Shown piece after piece: positions 43,897 to 52,248 of a stretch of DNA of 55,463 nt (within the stretch, counting starts at the first letter, position 1; the number at the start of each line of letters is the position of its first letter). Source of the DNA: Verrucomicrobiota bacterium. GTDB lineage: Bacteria; Verrucomicrobiota; Verrucomicrobiia; CAIQCK01. Below the pieces are notes generated by a model that saw only the letters and a list, made by a program, of their open reading frames with translations, had not been told where the DNA came from and searched no databases. Where the stretch lies: positions 1-55,463 of the forward strand of contig JACRKA010000202.1 of NCBI GenBank assembly GCA_016219905.1, given 5' to 3'. The translations under genes and the position numbers were made by a program.

Positions 43897-44427
43897 ATGA
43901 GAACCCGGATAATGATGCAACTTTGCTGCATAGCAGCCACCACAGTCCCGTTTTGGGGATGTGTTGATTGTCGCCGTGTCTCTGATGTGAAACAGACTGA
44001 AGCGGTGATTTCTGACCAAAAGCTGAAGGACCTTGTCGGCGAGTGGAGGAGCACCATGGTTGTCTGCACTCTTTCTGATGTTGTTAGAGGTATCAACGAG
44101 TGCATTTTTCGCATTTACGATATTGATCCAGAGCAGCGGAGTGGCGACAAAGGAGGATGGTGGCCAGTCCATGCCGAATTGCTTGTCCGAGGATCAGACG
44201 GCGAATTGGTTCCGTTGGACTACGACGCGGGTGATTGGGCGTATTTCTCTGGAGAAGAATTTCGCACCGGATTCATTGGATATACTCTTCAGTGGAGAAT
44301 GCATAACAATCGTCTTGAAATGTCGCTTCAAGCAGACAGCGGTCGCTTCCACGCAGTGTTTGAAAAAGTGAGTAACAAGCCTCCACACGAATGGGTATCG
44401 CGTTGGGGGCGGAAAAGCCGTGACTAA
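43897..44427 (+). CDS. Hypothetical protein with signal/lipoprotein-like N-terminus, in a low-GC islet
   Basis: Track ORF 43879..44427, taken from ATG 43897 (MRTRIMMQLCCIAATTVPFWGCVDC...). It has protein-like composition in a patch of about 50% GC. I recognised no family. Confidence 0.5.
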   Translation: MRTRIMMQLCCIAATTVPFWGCVDCRRVSDVKQTEAVISDQKLKDLVGEWRSTMVVCTLSDVVRGINECIFRIYDIDPEQRSGDKGGWWPVHAELLVRGSDGELVPLDYDAGDWAYFSGEEFRTGFIGYTLQWRMHNNRLEMSLQADSGRFHAVFEKVSNKPPHEWVSRWGRKSRD

Positions 44428-44606
44428 TGTGTCGGTGCGAAGAAACTTCGGGTCGCCCGCGATTTCTCAGAGAGAAGTCATGGGGTCAATTCCCGACTCT
44501 TGACAGATTCATGAAGGCTGTTCATTGCGGTTGACTCAACGAAGGCGCAGGCAGAAAAGACGGTCGCGGAAACATGTGTGTGCCGTGAAGAACAACTGAA
44601 TCGCAG

Positions 44607-44912
44607 ATGCCGAAGAGACGAACATTGCTGATTGGCGGATGCGCGGCGGCGCTGCTGCTGGTGCTGGCGGTCATCGCTGCGGCGGCGGGGGGGGGGGACG
44701 TAGAGAGGGGGTGGAGGATCGAGGATGGAGGCAAGATAATGACGATTGGCCGCGCCGGAGTCGCGGCCCACTCTATGGCGAACCTGGCGGCGGTGGTGGA
44801 ACTGGATGAGCAGAAGCAGGTGGCGTTTGAGTTTCAGGCGACGGCGAGCCGGGGCATCCATCGGGTGGCGCTGCGAAAGGGGAGCGACGTGAAGGTAATC
44901 AGATCCGCGTAA
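44607..44912 (+). CDS. Hypothetical small secreted/anchored protein (101 aa) containing a G11 tract
   Basis: Track ORF with the N-terminus 'MPKRRTLLIGGCAAALLLVLAVIAAAAGGG'. I recognised no family. The competing antisense ORF 44478..44933 is Arg/His-rich junk. Confidence 0.45.
   Translation: MPKRRTLLIGGCAAALLLVLAVIAAAAGGGDVERGWRIEDGGKIMTIGRAGVAAHSMANLAAVVELDEQKQVAFEFQATASRGIHRVALRKGSDVKVIRSA
44687..44697. repeat. Homopolymeric G11 tract inside a CDS
   Basis: Read directly from the sequence: gcg gcG GGG GGG GGG Gac, which encodes A-G-G-G-D of ORF 44607..44912. Confidence 0.9.
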
Positions 44913-44931
44913 TTTTTCCTCTTCACGATTC

Positions 44932-45735
44932 ATGTTTCAGACTCTACGCTCCGCCGTGGCCATGAAAAAACCGCCCTCCCTCAAAGCCTGGCTGCCGCTC
45001 GCGCGCGGGGCGGCAAACGGAACTGCGGAACTGCCTACCGGTGCGGCGTTCCGCGGCGAGTGGATTGATTTTGAGCGCGGCCTCCGCGTCGGCAACCTCG
45101 AGCCGCACGAGCGCATCACGCAGATTTTCAAATACCACCTCGAAAGCCGTTACCGGCAGCCGTTCACCTGCGACCGCTGGGGCCGCGGCGTGTTCTGGCA
45201 GTGGATCTGTTGGGTGCCGCGCAAGAACCGCGACGCCAAGCCCGTCAGCCATGACGTGAACTGGAGTTGCGCGAAGTTCTTCATCTCCGTGGACCAGGAG
45301 GAGCGCGTCTTCAAGGCCGGCGCGCAGGTCGAGCGCGGCCCGGCCGAGGGGCCGGAGGAATTCCCCGGCTGCGTGCTCAAGCCCGACTGGGACTGGCACC
45401 GCTTCGCCGCCGGCCTGCGCGCCGGCAGCGCGCTGGAGCGCGAACTGGCGCGGCTGATCCGCCGCGATGATTTCGTCGCCCGCATCGGCGACTGGGAACG
45501 GATGGAGAGCTTCAACGCGAAGAACTTCCGTTCCGCAGCGCAACTCCGCGCCGCGCTCCGGCGCGTCGGCCCGCGCGACTGGGTCGGCTTCCAGCTCTAC
45601 TATCCGTTTCCCGAAAAGGAGGTCCGCTCGATGACCGGCCATGAGCTGGTGCAAGCCGTCGCCGCGGTCTTTGGCGAAACCACGCCCGCAATGAACACGT
45701 GGATGCAGGTGCCGCTGGAAACGGCGGCCGGCTAG
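44932..45735 (+). CDS. Hypothetical protein (267 aa)
   Basis: Track ORF with ordinary, Trp-rich composition ('RGVFWQWICWVPRKN', 'KPDWDWHRF'). An alternative start ATG lies at 44962. I recognised no family. Confidence 0.6.
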   Translation: MFQTLRSAVAMKKPPSLKAWLPLARGAANGTAELPTGAAFRGEWIDFERGLRVGNLEPHERITQIFKYHLESRYRQPFTCDRWGRGVFWQWICWVPRKNRDAKPVSHDVNWSCAKFFISVDQEERVFKAGAQVERGPAEGPEEFPGCVLKPDWDWHRFAAGLRAGSALERELARLIRRDDFVARIGDWERMESFNAKNFRSAAQLRAALRRVGPRDWVGFQLYYPFPEKEVRSMTGHELVQAVAAVFGETTPAMNTWMQVPLETAAG

Positions 45736-45956
45736 AACGTCGCGATGTCGCCGAGCGTGTCCGCGATTTCCTTGCGGCTGTCGGCGGCGTCATACTGGTA
45801 GAGCTTGCCCGGCTCCTCGGTGCGAGCCTGCTTGTGGCGGCCGTCGCAGTAGGGCTGCTTTTGCGACAGGCCGCACTGGCAAATCCACAGCGGCTGGCCG
45901 CCGGGCACTTCGATTTTCAAGGGGCTGGTCTGCGTGCGTTTGATGATGCGTGCCAT
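45732..45956 (-). CDS. CDGSH iron-sulfur domain protein (mitoNEET-like [2Fe-2S])
   Basis: 74-aa track ORF. 'CQCGLSQKQPYCDGRH' matches the CDGSH signature C-x-C-x2-S-x3-P-x-C-D-G-x-H. Confidence 0.85.
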   Translation of the reverse strand: MARIIKRTQTSPLKIEVPGGQPLWICQCGLSQKQPYCDGRHKQARTEEPGKLYQYDAADSRKEIADTLGDIATF

Positions 45957-46087
45957 GATGATCTCCGGTTTGGGCTTGGTTTGAACGGGCGCACTCTAAA
46001 CCCTCCCGCGACGAACGCAAAATGCGGCCATCGCCTGGCCGGATTGTTCTTGCCACCGCTTCCCGCCTTTTGCGAAACGTGGTGGCC

Positions 46088-47596
46088 ATGAGCATGCAAA
46101 CACCGCCACCGGATGAAGGACGCGCCACGCTCTGGAGCGTCACGCTGATCGTGCTGGTGTGGGCGGCGCTGTTCGGCATCCGGCTGGCCGGGCCGCCCGA
46201 CCTGCTCGACAAGGACCAGCAACGGCCTGCGATGTATGTGCTCGACGCGGTCCGCAACGGCCACTGGATCTGCCAGCGCGACGACTGGGGCGAGATCACC
46301 TCCAAGCCTCCGATGCACACCTGGCTGGCGGCGCTGGCGACGCTGCCGTTTGAGCGTATCAACCGCTTCTCGCTCTACCTGCCGGGCGCGCTGGCGACGC
46401 TGGCGCTGGCGTTGATCATCTTCGCCGTGGGCCGCAAGCAATTTGGCGGCTGGGCCGGATTGTCCGGCGCGCTGGCGTATCTGGTCTCGATGCCCGGCGC
46501 GCGGCAGGTGGCGCTGGCGCGCACCGACGGGCTGTTCGCGCTGACCATCGCGCTCGCGGCGCTCGCGGCGTGGCGCGCGTGGCGGCTCGGGCGCGGCTGG
46601 ACGTGGTTCTGGCTGGCGGCCGCGGCGGTGACGTTGACGAAAGGCCCGCTCGGTGTCGTGCTGGCGGCCGGCGGCTTGCTCGCGGCACTCTGGGAGCGTC
46701 GCAGTGGCGAACGCGCGCCGCTGCGCGGCTCGCAGGTCGCGGGCATCGCGTTGTTCGCATTGCTCGCCGGCGGCTGGTTTGCGCTGGCGTGGTGGCAGAT
46801 GGGGCAGGAGTTGATTGACAAGATGATCGGCAGCGAACTGGTCGAGCAGGCCGTCGGCCGCAAATACGGCATCGTCGGGGCCGGTTTCGCAAAGCCGGCG
46901 ATCTATTTCCTGGTGCGGTTCGCGCCGTGGAGCCTGCTGGCGTGCCTCGGCTTCTGGCGCGTGTGGGCGCGGCCGTCGGCCGATGCGGGGCAGCGGCGAT
47001 TCGAGCGGTTCCTGTTCTGCTGGTTCTTCACCGGGCTTGTCATCTTCTCGCTCGCGACGCACCAGCGGTTCGACCACCTCCTCCCGCTGATCCCCGTCGC
47101 GGCGTTGTTCGCCGGCCGTGAACTCTCGCGGCTCGCCGGCACGGCGCGGCCGCGCGCGGTGCTGACCGGCGTCGTTGCTACCATCACTGTCGGTCTTGCG
47201 GCCATCGGCCACTCGTTCGGGCCGGCGCTGGCGACGACGGAGCGCGCGATCCGGACCAAGGCGCTGGAGCGGGCGGCGGAACTGATCCGCTCGCGCGCCG
47301 GGGAAGGTTTCCCGCTGACTTACGTGGACACGGAGTCCACGTTCCAGTTCTACATGAACACGATGCGGACGCGCGTGCCGGCGGAACGCGCGGCGGAGTT
47401 GCTGCGCGGCGAAACGCCGGCGTTCGTGGCGGTCCGGAGGCTGGAGGGTTTCGGGACGGTCTTGGGGACCCACGCGCCGCCGCTGCACGTGCTGTTGCGC
47501 TGGCCGGCGACCGGGGAGTGTTTCATCGCCATCGTCAGCAACCATCCGCGGCTGGAACGGACCGGGCGCATCGCCTCCGCCGTGGGCCGGCCCTGA
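46088..47596 (+). CDS. Glycosyltransferase family 39 (ArnT/PMT-like) polytopic membrane protein
   Basis: Track ORF 46022..47596. I prefer ATG 46088 (MSMQTPPPDEGRATLWSVTLIVLVWAALFG...). It has many TM helices, the periplasmic loop 'LLDKDQQRPAMY...SKPPMHTWL', and a soluble C-terminal domain. Confidence 0.8.
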   Translation: MSMQTPPPDEGRATLWSVTLIVLVWAALFGIRLAGPPDLLDKDQQRPAMYVLDAVRNGHWICQRDDWGEITSKPPMHTWLAALATLPFERINRFSLYLPGALATLALALIIFAVGRKQFGGWAGLSGALAYLVSMPGARQVALARTDGLFALTIALAALAAWRAWRLGRGWTWFWLAAAAVTLTKGPLGVVLAAGGLLAALWERRSGERAPLRGSQVAGIALFALLAGGWFALAWWQMGQELIDKMIGSELVEQAVGRKYGIVGAGFAKPAIYFLVRFAPWSLLACLGFWRVWARPSADAGQRRFERFLFCWFFTGLVIFSLATHQRFDHLLPLIPVAALFAGRELSRLAGTARPRAVLTGVVATITVGLAAIGHSFGPALATTERAIRTKALERAAELIRSRAGEGFPLTYVDTESTFQFYMNTMRTRVPAERAAELLRGETPAFVAVRRLEGFGTVLGTHAPPLHVLLRWPATGECFIAIVSNHPRLERTGRIASAVGRP

Positions 47597-47602
47597 AGGC
47601 CA

Positions 47603-48133
47603 TCACGCCGGTTTGATCTCGGCGTCCACGTTGACGGCCTCGCACGCGGCGTTGAGTTTCTCGCGAAGCTGCTTCTCATCGAGGCTCGGCGGCGCTTCGA
47701 TTTTCAGGTCGAGGATGAACTGCGGCGCGCCGGTGATGGGGGCGCTGGCGGCGGTGCTCTCCAGCGCCTCGATGTTGACGCCGAGCGAAGCCAGCGTGCG
47801 GGTGATCTGGTGGACGATGCCCTCGTGGTCGAGGCCGACGGCGTGGACGCTGTAGCGGCGGTAGCCCTTCGCGGCACGGTCGGCGGGCGACGAGGTCGTC
47901 TTGGTCACGATGGTCAGCTTGGTGTGCTCGCCAAACCCGGCCTCCGCGTCCTGCAACGCGGCGATCTTCTCGGGCGCGCCGGAGACCAGCACGATGAGCG
48001 CGAACTCGCCGCCGAGGACCGCCATGCGGCTGTCCTCGATGTTGCAGCCGAACTGCAGGATGAACTTGGAGACGGTTTCGACGATGCCGGGCTTATCGTG
48101 GCCGACGGCGGAAAGGACGAGATACCGGTGCAT
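47603..48133 (-). CDS. gcvR: Glycine cleavage system transcriptional repressor-like tandem-ACT protein
   Basis: 176-aa track ORF. It has two ACT-domain starts, 'YLVLSAVGHDKPGIVETVSKFI' and 'YSVHAVGLDHEGIVHQITRTLA'. Confidence 0.75.
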   Translation of the reverse strand: MHRYLVLSAVGHDKPGIVETVSKFILQFGCNIEDSRMAVLGGEFALIVLVSGAPEKIAALQDAEAGFGEHTKLTIVTKTTSSPADRAAKGYRRYSVHAVGLDHEGIVHQITRTLASLGVNIEALESTAASAPITGAPQFILDLKIEAPPSLDEKQLREKLNAACEAVNVDAEIKPA

Positions 48134-48273
48134 GTGTTTTTCCTCGCGGGTTGCAGGTTGCGCGCCAGCTTAGCGGAAGTTGGGCGCGGTGCAAGCCCGC
48201 TGCGGGATGAGTCTCACCGCTGGCTGGAAAAATCCGTCGAAAACTTGGGTCCGGCGAAGTATAAGCGGCGGTC

Positions 48274-49893
48274 ATGTGGCAGCAGAACTACACGGCGGTC
48301 GGCGGCAACTTGTGGCTTTCGGCGACGGTGGCGGCGCTGCCCATCCTTCTCCTGTTCTATCTCATCGGCGTGCGGCAGCTCGCGGCGTGGAAATCCGCGC
48401 TCGCGGCGCTGGCCGCGGCGTTCGCCATCGCGTGCTTCGCGTTCGGCACGCCGGTGACGGTGGCGGTCGCGTCGGCGCTCTACGGCGCGGCGTTCGGTTT
48501 GTTTCCCATCTGCTGGATCGTGCTGTCGGCCATCTTCCTCTACCGGCTGACGGTGGAGAGCGGGCAGTTCGAGGTCATCAAGGATTCCATCGCGCACCTC
48601 ACCGACGACAAGCGGCTGCACGTGCTGCTGATCGCGTTCGCGTTCGGCGCGTTCGTGGAGGGCGCGGCGGGCTTCGGCGCGCCGGTGGCCATCGCGGGCG
48701 CGATGCTGGCGGGTGTCGGCGTCAAGCCGTTCCACGCGGCGGCGCTCTGCCTGCTGGCCAACACCGCGCCGGTGGCGTTCGGGTCCATCGGCATCCCGAT
48801 CATCACGCTGGCGGGGCTGACCGGCCTGCCGCTCGACAAGGTCAGCGCGAGCGTCGGCCGCATCTCGCCGATCCTGTCGCTGGCCATCCCGCTTTACCTG
48901 ACGGTGGTGTTCGCCGGCTGGCGCAAGACGCGCAGCGTGCTGCCGGCCATCGCGGTGGTCAGCGTTGCGTTCGCCGGCGTGCAGTTTGCCGTCGCGAATT
49001 TCCACGGGCCTTACCTGACGGACATCCTCGCGTCGCTGGCGGCAATGGCAGGGTTGGTGGCGCTGCTGCGGTTCTGGAAGCCGCGCGATGATTTCTTCCA
49101 CGAGGACGCCGCGCCGACGCGGCATCGCACGCACTCTGCCGGCGCGGTGCTGCGGGCGTGGACGCCCTATCTGCTGCTGGTGGTGTTCGTGCTCCTGTGG
49201 GGTGTCCTGCCGCTCGAAGGCGTCACGGTGAAGTGGGAGGTGCCGTTCCTCCACAACGAAGTTCAGCGTGTGCCGCCGGTGGCGCAGGCCGCGGCGGCGG
49301 TGGAGGCGGTGTTCAAGTTCAACTGGCTCTCGGCGGCAGGCACGGGCTGCATGTTCGCCGCGATCCTCGGCGGGCTGGCGACCGGGATGCGTCCGCGGCA
49401 GATGACGCGGGTCTTCGGCGCGACGTTGCGGCAGCTCGCGCTTCCGGTGCTGACCATCGCGTCGGTGCTCGGGTTCGCGTTCCTGATGAACTACTCCGGC
49501 ATGACGGCGACGCTGGGGCTGGCGTTCGCGGCGACGGGCTGGTTCTTCCCGTTCTTCAGCGCGTTCCTCGGATGGCTCGGTGTGTTCGTGACCGGCAGCG
49601 ACACGTCGGCGAACGCTCTCTTCGGCAACCTGCAGATGGTGACGGCGCAGGCGCTCGGCCTGAACCCGCTGCTGACGACCGCCACCAACTCGGCCGCGGG
49701 CGTGATGGGCAAGATGATCTCGCTCCAGAGCATCGCGGTGGCCGTCGCGGCGACGGGCATGCCGCAGTCGGACGAAGGAAAACTGTTCCGCTGGACGATC
49801 AAGCACAGCCTGCTGCTGACGGCGGTGATCGGCCTCATCGCGATGCTATTCGCGCACGTCGTGCCGTGGGTGATGCCGTCCGTGGCGCACTAA
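48274..49893 (+). CDS. lctP: L-lactate permease (LctP family)
   Basis: 539-aa track ORF. 'MWQQNYTAVGGNLWLSA...' and 'AFAFGAFVEGAAGFGAPVAIAGAML' are characteristic of the LctP/LldP family. Confidence 0.9.
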   Translation: MWQQNYTAVGGNLWLSATVAALPILLLFYLIGVRQLAAWKSALAALAAAFAIACFAFGTPVTVAVASALYGAAFGLFPICWIVLSAIFLYRLTVESGQFEVIKDSIAHLTDDKRLHVLLIAFAFGAFVEGAAGFGAPVAIAGAMLAGVGVKPFHAAALCLLANTAPVAFGSIGIPIITLAGLTGLPLDKVSASVGRISPILSLAIPLYLTVVFAGWRKTRSVLPAIAVVSVAFAGVQFAVANFHGPYLTDILASLAAMAGLVALLRFWKPRDDFFHEDAAPTRHRTHSAGAVLRAWTPYLLLVVFVLLWGVLPLEGVTVKWEVPFLHNEVQRVPPVAQAAAAVEAVFKFNWLSAAGTGCMFAAILGGLATGMRPRQMTRVFGATLRQLALPVLTIASVLGFAFLMNYSGMTATLGLAFAATGWFFPFFSAFLGWLGVFVTGSDTSANALFGNLQMVTAQALGLNPLLTTATNSAAGVMGKMISLQSIAVAVAATGMPQSDEGKLFRWTIKHSLLLTAVIGLIAMLFAHVVPWVMPSVAH

Positions 49894-50105
49894 AGGGGCG
49901 GGAGCGGTTCGTGGGCCTTGCGGCCATAGACGCGCTCGTAGGCGCGGCAGAACGGACAGACGTGCTTCTCGACGGTCTTGACAAGGTTGAAGGCGGCGCC
50001 TTGCTGTTTCTTGCGGGCGATGTTGCACGCGGGACAGAAGCCGCAGGCGCGCGCCATCACGCGGTCGAGGGTGCTGACGGATCGGGGTTGCATGGGGGTT
50101 TCCAC
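49890..50105 (-). CDS. Possible small Cys-rich (zinc-ribbon-like) protein, about 67-71 aa
   Basis: Track ORF with two CxxC pairs ('CGFCPAC' and 'CPFC'). The GTG start is at 50105 and an alternative ATG is at 50093. It converges on and overlaps the lctP stop by 4 nt. I have no homology evidence. Confidence 0.4.
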   Translation of the reverse strand: METPMQPRSVSTLDRVMARACGFCPACNIARKKQQGAAFNLVKTVEKHVCPFCRAYERVYGRKAHEPLPPL

Positions 50106-50163
50106 GGCGATGGCGAGGATAGGCCGCGGGGCCGCCGATGTCGAGCGTGGAGCGGGCGGCGGA

Positions 50164-50192
50164 TTGACCCGTCGGCGGCGTTGCTCTATCCT
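50164..50192 (+). promoter_or_regulatory. Possible sigma-70-type promoter for the purine permease/deaminase pair
   Basis: TTGACC (50164-69), then a 17-nt spacer, then TATCCT (50187-92). GAGGAGG (50205-11) follows, 7 nt before ATG 50219. This is a pattern match only. Confidence 0.35.
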
Positions 50193-50218
50193 GCGGCGCG
50201 TGTGAGGAGGAACGCGCG

Positions 50219-51550
50219 ATGATCGAGAAACTGTTCCGAGTGCGGGAACGCGGCAGCCGCGTCCGCACCGAGTGCCTGGCCGGCGTCACGACGTTCCTGA
50301 CGATGGCCTACATCCTGTTCGTGCAGCCGGTCGTGCTCTCGGCGGCGGGCATGGACAAGGACGCGGTGCTGATCGCGACGGCGGTCGGCAGCGCGCTGGC
50401 GACGCTGGTGATGGGCCTCTACGCGAACTACCCCATCGCGCTCGCGCCGGCGATGGGCCACAATTTTTTCTTCGCCTACACCGTCTGCATCGGCATGAAA
50501 ATCCCGTGGCAGGTGGCGCTCGGCGCGAACTTCATCTCCAGCGCGCTCTTCGTGCTGCTCTCCACCGTGAAGTTCCGCGAGGCGATCTTCGACAGCGTGC
50601 CGGCCAGCCTCAAGCACGCCATCGCGGCGGGCATCGGGCTGTTCATCGCGTTCATCGGCCTGCAATGGAGCGGCATCGTCATCGCCAAGCCGGGCACGTT
50701 CGTCGGCCTCGGCCCGTTGAACACGCCGCCCACGATGCTCGCGCTGGCCGGGCTGGCGATCACCGCCGCGCTGCTGGCGCGCCGGGTCCACAGCGCCATC
50801 CTGCTCGGCATCCTCGCCACGCTGGCCATCGGACTGCTGACCGGGCTGGTGAAGTTCCAGGGCGTCGTCGGCGTGCCGCATCCGCAGCACGTGGCGGCGC
50901 TGCAACTCGACATCGCTGGCGCGTTGAAGCTGGGGTTTGTCACGGTGATTTTCACGTTCTTCCTGCTGGCGGTGTTCGACACGGTCGGCACGTTGTTCGG
51001 CGTCTCGCAGCAGGCGGGCTTCCTGCGCGACGGCAAGCTGCCCGGCGCGGGCCGCGCGTTGTTGTCGGACGCGGTCGGCACAATGGCCGGCACGTTGCTC
51101 GGCACCTCGACCATCACGGCCTACATCGAGAGCGCATCGGGCGTCACGGCGGGCGGGCGCACGGGCCTCGCGAACGTCGTGACGGCGGCGCTGTTCTTGT
51201 TGTCGCTGGTGTTCGCGCCGCTGATCGCCATGGTTGGCATGAGCATCGCGGGCAACGGTGGTGCGATGCTCCACCCGGTGACCGCGCCGGCGCTGATCAT
51301 CGTCGGGTCGCTGATGGCGCGCAGCGTGTTGGAAATCCCGTGGAGCGACCCGACGGAGGCGCTGCCGGCGTTCCTGACGCTGGTGGGCATCCCGCTGGGC
51401 GACAGCATCGTGGACGGCATCGCGTTGGGCTTCATCAGCTACGTGCTGCTGAAGGCGGTCACCGGTCAGTTCCGCGCGATCTCGTGGGTGTCGCTGGCGA
51501 CCGCGGTGGTGTTCGTCGTGAGATTCGCGTTGGAGCCGGGGGCGAAGTGA
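50219..51550 (+). CDS. NCS2/AzgA-family purine (adenine/guanine/hypoxanthine) permease
   Basis: 443-aa track ORF. 'RTECLAGVTTFLTMAYILFVQP' and 'SGVTAGGRTGL' are typical of the AzgA/PurP family. Confidence 0.9.
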   Translation: MIEKLFRVRERGSRVRTECLAGVTTFLTMAYILFVQPVVLSAAGMDKDAVLIATAVGSALATLVMGLYANYPIALAPAMGHNFFFAYTVCIGMKIPWQVALGANFISSALFVLLSTVKFREAIFDSVPASLKHAIAAGIGLFIAFIGLQWSGIVIAKPGTFVGLGPLNTPPTMLALAGLAITAALLARRVHSAILLGILATLAIGLLTGLVKFQGVVGVPHPQHVAALQLDIAGALKLGFVTVIFTFFLLAVFDTVGTLFGVSQQAGFLRDGKLPGAGRALLSDAVGTMAGTLLGTSTITAYIESASGVTAGGRTGLANVVTAALFLLSLVFAPLIAMVGMSIAGNGGAMLHPVTAPALIIVGSLMARSVLEIPWSDPTEALPAFLTLVGIPLGDSIVDGIALGFISYVLLKAVTGQFRAISWVSLATAVVFVVRFALEPGAK

Positions 51551-52029
51551 AACGATCCACAAATCACGCCGAGTTCATGCGCGCGGCGATCCGGCTGTCG
51601 CTGCGGGCGGTGTGGCGCGGGACGGGCGGGCCGTTCGGGGCGGTGGTGGTGAAGGACGGCGTGGTCGTCGGGCGCGGCTGGAACGCGGTGACGTCGCGCA
51701 ACGACCCGACGGCGCACGCGGAGGTGATGGCGATCCGCGCGGCGTGCCTGCGGCTCGGGACGTTCACGCTCAGCGGGTGCGAACTCTACGCGAGCTGCGA
51801 GCCGTGCCCGATGTGTCTCGGCGCGATCCATTGGGCGCGGATCGGGCGCGTGTTTTACGCCAACACGCGGCAGGACGCGGCGGCGATCGGGTTTGACGAC
51901 GCGCGCTTCTACGCGGAGCTGGCGCGGCCGGCGGCAAAGCGGCGGATCAGGATGAGGCCGTTGTTGCGGGTGGAGGCGCTGGCGGCTTTCGAGGCCTGGC
52001 GGCGGAAGAGCGACCGGGTCGAATACTGA
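51547..52029 (+). CDS. guaD: CDA-fold nucleoside/guanine deaminase (GuaD-like)
   Basis: Tail of track ORF 50272..52029. GTG 51547 overlaps the permease TGA (GTGA). '(V)KRSTNHAEFMRAAIRL...GGPFGAVVVKDG...DPTAHAEVMAIR...CEPCPMCLGAIHWARI...GFDD' has the HAE and PCxxC zinc motifs and is collinear with Bacillus-type guanine deaminase. Confidence 0.85.
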   Translation: MKRSTNHAEFMRAAIRLSLRAVWRGTGGPFGAVVVKDGVVVGRGWNAVTSRNDPTAHAEVMAIRAACLRLGTFTLSGCELYASCEPCPMCLGAIHWARIGRVFYANTRQDAAAIGFDDARFYAELARPAAKRRIRMRPLLRVEALAAFEAWRRKSDRVEY

Positions 52030-52248
52030 CCGGGCCGGTTGCACGCAATGGTTGGGGGGAGAACGGCGCGGAGAGCGCTCGAGCGAGGCGAGACGGGAAA
52101 ATTCTTGGAGATTGGGATGTGATGTCCTATTCTCCGGAGTTTATGCAGCCCGCAAGCGAGCCAGCCGGTGGTTGCGGCGCGGGCCGGGTCAGGGGATTCC
52201 CCGACCGGCCGCGACGCGGGCGGGACGGCGGGCAGGACCCCCAGGGCC

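Noticed and set aside
43692-44114. Minus-strand ORF 43692..44114; its C-terminal 66-79 aa have two hydrophobic segments
   Set aside because: Any plausible start (43892 or 43931) abuts or overlaps the start of the better-supported + ORF at 43897, leaving no room for promoters. I saw no RBS or family signal. A small membrane protein here cannot be excluded.
42843-45000. Integrated mobile element at tRNA-Phe
   Set aside because: I found no integrase, excisionase or transposase gene and no direct repeat of the tRNA 3' end. Only the compositional islet is reported.
50106-50218. Purine riboswitch upstream of the purine permease / guanine deaminase pair
   Set aside because: The 113-nt leader does not contain the conserved purine-riboswitch core. 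A simple sigma-70-like promoter plus a strong RBS fits the leader better.
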